A stretch of DNA of 64,000 bases from a virus: positions 49,998-113,997 of the IMG/VR virus record IMGVR_UViG_3300044675_005482, one strand, 5' to 3'. Shown piece after piece: positions 57,981 through 64,000 of the stretch. The position numbers and the translations under genes were made by a program. Position 1 is the first letter of the stretch, and each line of letters opens with the position of its first letter. The notes under the pieces are model-generated. The model saw only the letters and a program-made list of their open reading frames with translations. It was not told the DNA's origin and ran no database searches.

Positions 57981-58057
57981 TTTGCTTCCTTTCTGTTTAG
58001 GGTCTGATTATAGCAGAGGCTACCGACATTTAGTAGCCCCTGCCTGTGTGAGTTATC

Positions 58058-58324
58058 TCACAATTCTTCAGGTAGCCAAGCACCCAAGTGGTGTTGTTCG
58101 ATGATAGCCCAAGCGGGTGCGTGAGTCTGACCCTTATACGATACGCCTTCAGGCATTTCGATAGCACGATCAAAATCTTCTTCGTAGTATGCGTCAATTG
58201 CTTCGATGCAAGGTTCGACCATAGAAAGTGGAACGGGTGGGTAATGATTACCCTGCAAGTGATAGCCAATAGCAACTTCTAAATCTAATTCTTGCGATAG
58301 GTCTAGTGCTGTGTTGTATCCCAT
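58058..58324 (-). CDS. Conserved phage hypothetical protein
   Basis: HLQGNHYPPVP...IIEQHHL. Confidence 0.7.
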   Translation of the reverse strand: MGYNTALDLSQELDLEVAIGYHLQGNHYPPVPLSMVEPCIEAIDAYYEEDFDRAIEMPEGVSYKGQTHAPAWAIIEQHHLGAWLPEEL

Positions 58325-58326
58325 TA

Positions 58327-58551
58327 TTAGTTACCTTCCTTAATTGTTAATTCTGCCCAAGAGTTACCTTCATTTGCAACTGTAAGAGTGTTAGACATAG
58401 CAAGAGCGTGAATTGTTGCACCCTTACACATCTTTTCAATTTCAGATTGTGGTAGGTTGATTAGCGCAGGCAATAACTTTGCGTCAATTTTATCCAAGTC
58501 AATAATTGCCTCGAATACAACTGTGTGTGGAACTTTCATTAGATTAGACAT
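58327..58551 (-). CDS. Hypothetical early protein
   Basis: ORF with promoter and RBS. Confidence 0.65.
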   Translation of the reverse strand: MSNLMKVPHTVVFEAIIDLDKIDAKLLPALINLPQSEIEKMCKGATIHALAMSNTLTVANEGNSWAELTIKEGN

Positions 58552-58972
58552 TTGTTACCTTTCGTTGTTGGAATAAGAGTATTTTAGCATAGGCCACTGA
58601 CATTTAATAATCGAGCTTCGGCGTGTTTCTAATTTATTTTGTGATAAACCTCACAATTTTCAGGGTGTGTCGTAACTTGACGTAAACGGCTTTTTGCCCC
58701 CACACCTTTGCGGGCTTCTTTCAGTTTGTCAAGTTAATTTTGCCAAATGTCGGGATCAACATCCTGCAAATATTCTTTTGCAAGCTTTTGTTGTTCGTCT
58801 GATCCAGTTACAGTGGCCATTAATGCATTTAAATAGCCAAGGTCCATTTTATAAAAAGGATTTTCGTTACTCATCATGTTGCCCCTTATGTTTAATTTTA
58901 CGTGTGTACTTTTTTTTATTGCGAACAGGTTGCGCCGCATTGCTACGGCGCAATTCCTGAATGCGTTTTACT

Positions 58973-59164
58973 TTATTTTGAACTGAAGTTAGGAACATTG
59001 TAATTACTCGCTTCGTGAAATCTTTTTACATCAAATCGCTCATTGTCTTTCGCAAACATTTCTGCGAAGTCGTGAACAGTTTTAGAAAAAACAGCGGGGT
59101 GAACTTTATTGCTGAGATACTTTAGAATTTCAGCGGTTGCGATGTAATCTTTTCGTGTCATCAT
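58973..59164 (-). CDS. Hypothetical early protein
   Basis: MTRKDY...DNERFD..RF. Confidence 0.7.
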   Translation of the reverse strand: MMTRKDYIATAEILKYLSNKVHPAVFSKTVHDFAEMFAKDNERFDVKRFHEASNYNVPNFSSK

Positions 59165-59740
59165 TTTTGTGTAACCTTTCCATTTCGGTAGAAGTTCTTA
59201 GTGTGCATTTTACCAGAAGGCTCTGACAAATTATAGGTTGCGTATTCTTTAGCATCGCCAAAGTCTGAGCATTTATCGAATTCGTGAACGGCGGTTAGAG
59301 CATCTGAAAAATCCCACGATGCAACTCTTTCACCATCATAAGCAATAGTTAGTTTATACATTAAATGTTCCAATCTTCTAGGGCGCATTCACACGCTTCT
59401 ACATCATAATTATTTTCATCGCCCCAGAATAAAAATCCAGCGCCACCGCATTCATCACAACTCGCTGCGATAATTTCTAAGTATTGTTTTACTTTAGCCA
59501 TTCAGGTTTTCCCTTTCGTTTGTTTTGGTAATTGTAGCAGATAGGACTGACAAGGCTTCCGCCTTGCTTGCTTCACGTTGTTCGATAACGTGCTTCTTGA
59601 ATTCTTCTAAGTTCATTCGAACGCCCCCTCTTCTAGTAATCCTAATTCAATGTTAAACAATTCATCGGGAGTGGCTTCGGATAAATCTACCCAGCCAGCA
59701 CCCTCGTCATCCATTCTAAAAATTTCAATGTATCCCATTA

Positions 59741-59947
59741 TTATTCACCAACCTTTACTGCGATTGTTGCGAATTTATTTCGCAGACCGCCTGTGCGAAT
59801 TTCGATTAAATAGGCTTCAGCGTTGTCGCCATAATAAATTTCAGGGCGAGGTTCTGCTGAAACAATTTCGCCTGAAAAGTGGCGAGAGTTTGAGCGATAG
59901 TTTTTCCCTACAAGTAGGCTTTCGATTGTGTATAGTTTGGTAGCCAT
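59741..59947 (-). CDS. Hypothetical early protein
   Basis: ORF with promoter and RBS. Confidence 0.65.
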   Translation of the reverse strand: MATKLYTIESLLVGKNYRSNSRHFSGEIVSAEPRPEIYYGDNAEAYLIEIRTGGLRNKFATIAVKVGE

Positions 59948-60206
59948 TGGCAGACCTTCTTTCGTTTTGTTAATAATGGTATTTTACCAGAACGGACTGA
60001 CATTTTCCAATTCTGCAAGGGTTTGTCTCATTATTTGGAGCGTGGGCAATGTGATAAGCATCACACGTAAATGTCCGATTTGTCTGTCAAATCGACACGC
60101 CGCAAATTTTCAGGGAATTTATAACTCTTTCATAACGACACGCCCGACGCCGCACCACTGTGGGCGGGCCAGCTTGATTTTGTCAAGCCGACACGCCGTT
60201 ATTTAT

Positions 60207-60404
60207 TTATTCATTTTCTAATTCTGCTAAATAATCTTCGTGCTCTACTAATCCAATCGCAAACGCTACAGGATCGCAACACTCTAAAATTTCGGCAGGT
60301 GTGAAAGTAGAGTAACCGATTTTTACAGTAGGGTAAATATCGTTTAGCAAATCTATAAAGCTTTCTTTTATTTCTAAATCTTTTTCAAATTGTGTTTTTT
60401 CCAT
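60207..60404 (-). CDS. Hypothetical early protein
   Basis: ORF. Confidence 0.65.
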   Translation of the reverse strand: MEKTQFEKDLEIKESFIDLLNDIYPTVKIGYSTFTPAEILECCDPVAFAIGLVEHEDYLAELENE

Positions 60405-60655
60405 TTTAGTTTAATCCGTTTTCTCTTAGGTCTTTTATTACTAGGCGCAACATTAGCAGGGCGGGAATACCGATACCTAATTGCACAAGGGTGGTTAGTA
60501 TGCGTGTAGTAGTCATTACTTATTCTTCTTTCTCTTGATTACTTTATAAAGTGTAACACCTACCACCGACAAGATAATAAACGCCCACGATTGGGAGATA
60601 TATAGAAAGTCCCCTAGGTCAATCATTAAGCCATATTCATTTAGTTCTATAGTCA

Positions 60656-60844
60656 TTACTTATCTCCAAACATATTAAAGACCTCATCTAATTGGTCATC
60701 GGTTAGGTGGTCAATTTCAATAGCCTTAGCAAATCCGAAAATATCTTCTTCTTCTGCCATTAGTTTTTCATACATTTCTTCTTCTGCTAGGTGTGCGTAT
60801 TGGTCTTGCACATCTGCTTGAATTGTATCCCATTTGCTCATCAT
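60656..60844 (-). CDS. Hypothetical acidic early protein
   Basis: ORF. Confidence 0.6.
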   Translation of the reverse strand: MMSKWDTIQADVQDQYAHLAEEEMYEKLMAEEEDIFGFAKAIEIDHLTDDQLDEVFNMFGDK

Positions 60845-62085
60845 ATTACTTACCTACCTTTATCTCTTGAACATTAGCGGAAAACTTTTGTGATTTAGCG
60901 AGGTCGCTAGTATTTAATTCTTTAATTAGGTTATCTATCTCCTTAGTGTTAGTAGCAACATTACCAATAGATAGTAGGCGAGAGCCTTGCCATAGTGAGT
61001 ATGTGATAGTCATTTACTGTTCTTCTTTCGTTAGTAGTTATAGTAGGAATTGTAGCGTATAGCGGGGACAAATAGGGGGATATAGCGGGGGTGTGTCGTG
61101 TGAGTTACCTCACATTGACTAGGGCGTGTGTAGCGTAGTTACCGCCACACATTACGCATAGAGTCCAAGCGGTTACTCTACCGCAACCGCTAGAGCAAGC
61201 CACATAGTGGGCGGGTGTGTGGTAGTCGTTACGACTTTCCCATATTCTATTAGTCATTAGTTAGACTCCTTATCTAAACAGTTGATACATTGGCAACCCT
61301 TAGAGGATAGCAAGGCTTTTAGTATCGCCTTTCGTGTATAGGTATCTAGTCCATATGAGGACTTGACTCCACCATTGTGAAAGTCGTGCACGATTGTGCT
61401 ATATAGTGTTTCTGTAAGTTGAGTCATTATCTGACTCCTTTCTTTTAGTTAGTATCTCTAACTCCTTATACATATAACTATACAGGTGGGGTCTGACAAA
61501 TTGCAACCCCAAAAAGGAATAAATCGGACATTTTAAAAAATAACTATGTGTTTTACATCACATTTAGGGGTCTTATGGGCGCACTATCGGACAAAACGGA
61601 CATTTTTTATAGTGTGTATCATACAAATTAAAAATATATTAACATTTTAGAAAATATGAAAAAAGTATTGACTTACGAAAATTTCAAATGTTATACTTAG
61701 AAAGGTTTCGGGGGGTTACACTAAGGAACTCAATACACCAAGTAGCTCTTGGGATTTTGATCCAGACTCTCCTCTATCTTTCCAAAAAGATTTTTTAAAT
61801 TTGGGGGGTAGGGGGGGTTTGCTAAAAAATCTAATTCCCAAGTAATCAATATACTAAATATAGAATATATTATATATATAAGCAATAGATATCTAAAAAA
61901 AATATTTTATTAACATTTAGATATATCTAATATTGCAGTTGACTAGAATATATAGTACAATAAGATTATGAAATGCAGTTTCTGTGAAAATGAGAAGTAC
62001 GTCCAACGATTAAATTCGAGGGGGATACTAGAAAATTTTTGCATTGACTGCATTTCTAATATAAACCGAATACGCTAATCCTTAA

Positions 62086-62160
62086 GGGGATATAGCTTAA
62101 TCTGGTTAAAGCATTTGTCTTATATACAAACGAGTTTGGGTTCAAATCCCAATATCCCTA
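62086..62160 (+). tRNA. tRNA-Ile(TAT)
   Basis: GGGGATA/TATCCCT acceptor, TTTGT-CTTATAT-ACAAA, TTGGG-TTCAAAT-CCCAA. Confidence 0.85.
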
Positions 62161-62290
62161 CTATAAAGCAGTTGACTAGGATAATATGAAGAAATTAAAA
62201 CTTTATACGAACTACTTTGCGTGGTTCTGGATGATTGCATGGATAATTTATCTTATTAGATTGTGATTAAACGTGTTATATAATTAACAC

Positions 62291-62575
62291 ATGGAGCAAA
62301 CCAAATCTTCTGCAAGAAAGACTAAAGAATATTTGGCACGGTACTTAAAAGAAATTAAAGAAAAGAATCCATGCATGGACTGTAAAGTTTGGTATCCGTA
62401 TTATGTGATGGACTTTGATCATGTTAGAGGGCGGAAGCACAAGAATGTTGCAGAACTCATCGATACTCTATCAAAGAAGAAAATAGATGAAGAAATAGCA
62501 AAGTGTGAGATTGTTTGTTCTAATTGTCATAGAATTCGTACACATGACAGATTAATGAATAAGAAAGCTAGTTGA
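62291..62575 (+). CDS. HNH endonuclease-like protein
   Basis: CMDC..DFDH...CEIVCSNCHRIRT. Confidence 0.8.
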   Translation: MEQTKSSARKTKEYLARYLKEIKEKNPCMDCKVWYPYYVMDFDHVRGRKHKNVAELIDTLSKKKIDEEIAKCEIVCSNCHRIRTHDRLMNKKAS

Positions 62576-62606
62576 CTAGAATATATATGAATATGGAATA
62601 TCATAC

Positions 62607-62903
62607 ATGATTATAAAAAACGGGGAAGAACTAGTAAAAGGCCTTATCTTGGCCTATGAGAGCTCAAGGATCCAGAATAGGAACTTCTACCTTGGAGATG
62701 AGATAATGGCTCAAAAGGCCCTTGGAGTATTTGTAAGCTATATCCAGGATATCTTGCTAGAGTGTCCAAATGTAGAATTTAAGAAATGCTCTACTTGGTG
62801 GAGACATGACGATTGCAATAAATTGATGAATATCTTATTTGATCTTACTGGAGATAAGGGATATAAGGCTGAATTTGCTAAACAAGAAAGTCTATGGGAC
62901 TAA
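62607..62903 (+). CDS. Hypothetical protein
   Basis: ORF. Confidence 0.6.
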   Translation: MIIKNGEELVKGLILAYESSRIQNRNFYLGDEIMAQKALGVFVSYIQDILLECPNVEFKKCSTWWRHDDCNKLMNILFDLTGDKGYKAEFAKQESLWD

Positions 62904-63138
62904 TTAGGTCTCTTATTTCGCCCGCCGCACTTTTCTGATCCAATATAGAGGATTAAGTGCATTTAGTATTCTAACAATACGAGCTTCTATTTTCTTTTCT
63001 ATCTGAGCAGTTTTAGACTCTTCCTGGAAATACTTAGTACGGAAGTATGGGTTATTCATCTGCTTAGAGAAATGATGTGGACTCATATATTAATTATACA
63101 CCCAAATTGGTCTCTAGTTTCGACGCACTTTTTTCGCA

Positions 63139-63612
63139 CTATTCGGCTATATAAGTTCCATTAATATAAATCTTAGTGGCTGTAGTTAATATTACTGGAG
63201 AAGTGCCTGTAAGAAGGTTTTCCATAACTGGCTTAGGTTCAGCGGTAGCTCCACGATACCAGTGCAAGTCTAGAACTTTAGTATCCGCAAGGTGGTCTGC
63301 CTGCAAAACAACGTGACCTGCTAAATCTGGATTTACAGAAGGATCAACATTGGCCCATGCAGAAAAGTGGTTCATCTTGCCAGCCATCGGCATTACTGGA
63401 AGCTCTGTCTTTATTTGGCCAGTTCCAAAGTTTGTAATTGTTGCACAATTAATTTCAATATAAAAGCTTACTAGCTTTCCAACCTTTACGTAGTGTGAGT
63501 TATAGCATGGGTGGGTAGCGTTTGTTCCAGTAAAGGTAAATCCGCCATTAGCAGTTAGTGTTGGAGTCCATCTTACGACTGGTTGTCCAGCAGGGTCAGA
63601 TACGTGTATCAT
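63139..63612 (-). CDS. Hypothetical beta-rich protein resembling a tail-fibre C-terminal domain
   Basis: WTPTLT...YVKVGKLV...LPV...INGTY. Confidence 0.6.
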   Translation of the reverse strand: MIHVSDPAGQPVVRWTPTLTANGGFTFTGTNATHPCYNSHYVKVGKLVSFYIEINCATITNFGTGQIKTELPVMPMAGKMNHFSAWANVDPSVNPDLAGHVVLQADHLADTKVLDLHWYRGATAEPKPVMENLLTGTSPVILTTATKIYINGTYIAE

Positions 63613-63878
63613 GCCTTTTCCAAAATCAATACTGATACAGTTACACCAGTATCACCAGTTGCATATAGTTTATTTTCTGCTCCTAAGTCGATAAAGAAAC
63701 TCTGTCCAGGAAACAGTTTGTGTCCATATGACGTTGAGGATACAGTCTGTGTTCCAATATAGGCATACCCTGTGTCAGATGTGTTTTGAATTGATATAGA
63801 GTTTGGGCTATCTACGGCATCATCGATTGTTAGTTCTTGAGGTGTGCCGTTAAGCGTTAAATTACGTGTTCTAAGCAT
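63609..63878 (-). CDS. Hypothetical beta-rich (possibly structural) protein
   Basis: Leaderless start at 63878; SISIQN...YIG...G.KL.PG. Confidence 0.6.
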   Translation of the reverse strand: MLRTRNLTLNGTPQELTIDDAVDSPNSISIQNTSDTGYAYIGTQTVSSTSYGHKLFPGQSFFIDLGAENKLYATGDTGVTVSVLILEKA

Positions 63879-64000
63879 GTTTACATTATACACCCATACA
63901 AACACAAAACCCAATCAGAGGCGGATCCGATTGGGTTTATGTAGTATATTACTATACGTTATACTGGGAACATCTCTGCTCTACCAGCACTGCTTAATTG

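Larger units (their letters stand above)
50961..61498 (-). promoter_or_regulatory. Family of 14 promoters, TGTC(A/G)G-N10-TANNNT, on the minus strand
   Basis: Plus-strand starts of the -10 hexamer: 50961, 52003, 53376, 55090, 55270, 56515, 57768, 58007, 58581, 59531, 59981, 60550, 61049 (TGTCCC variant), 61477; spacing invariant. Confidence 0.85.

Noticed and set aside
63004-63030. Fourth copy of the pseudoknot (AAAACTGCTC on the minus strand)
   Set aside because: Lacks the CTGAGCA loop and stem 1, and lies inside a small leaderless ORF
1-64000. Alternative genetic code or suppressor tRNA
   Set aside because: Long genes are intact under the standard code, all three stops are used, and no CTA/TTA/TCA anticodon tRNA was found (the TAA anticodon reads Leu UUA)
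1-64000. Prophage or bacterial chromosome segment
   Set aside because: No integrase, att site or housekeeping operons seen; dnaE, recA and trxA sit in a phage-style module with terminase

Overview
An AT-rich 64-kb segment of a large tailed dsDNA phage. The host is almost certainly an actinobacterium, probably freshwater. Evidence: a WhiB gene, an Lsr2-like mini-protein, a short-variable-arm tRNA-Leu(UAA) and pervasive leaderless genes. Layout: 1-3.6 kb, end of a tail module. 3.7-16.7 kb, replication and recombination (DnaB, DnaG, SSB, DnaE, RecA, resolvases, Cas4-like nuclease). 16.7-31 kb, terminase genes embedded in a glycosylation/modification island with tRNAs. 31-50 kb, lysis, proteostasis, surface and auxiliary genes. 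50.0-61.6 kb, a minus-strand block of small genes, probably the early region or long terminal repeat. 61.6-64 kb, a few more genes and tRNA-Ile(UAU). The most unusual signals are non-coding and lie in and around the 50-62 kb block: (i) 14 promoters of the form TGTCAG-N10-TANNNT; (ii) CRP-type TGTGA-N6-TCACA palindromes phased at about 10-bp steps from those promoters; (iii) a rigidly spaced ~58-bp element, TTTCAGGG-N15-CGTAA-N17-CAC-N3-TG-N-GGGC, repeated every 1.3-2 kb; (iv) two pairs of perfect DnaA boxes; (v) four oriented sites that converge on the block from both sides; (vi) a small covarying RNA pseudoknot present three times; (vii) two candidate structured ncRNAs. A ROSE-like RNA thermometer precedes the Hsp20 gene. 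All calls come from reading the sequence by eye; no database searches were run.
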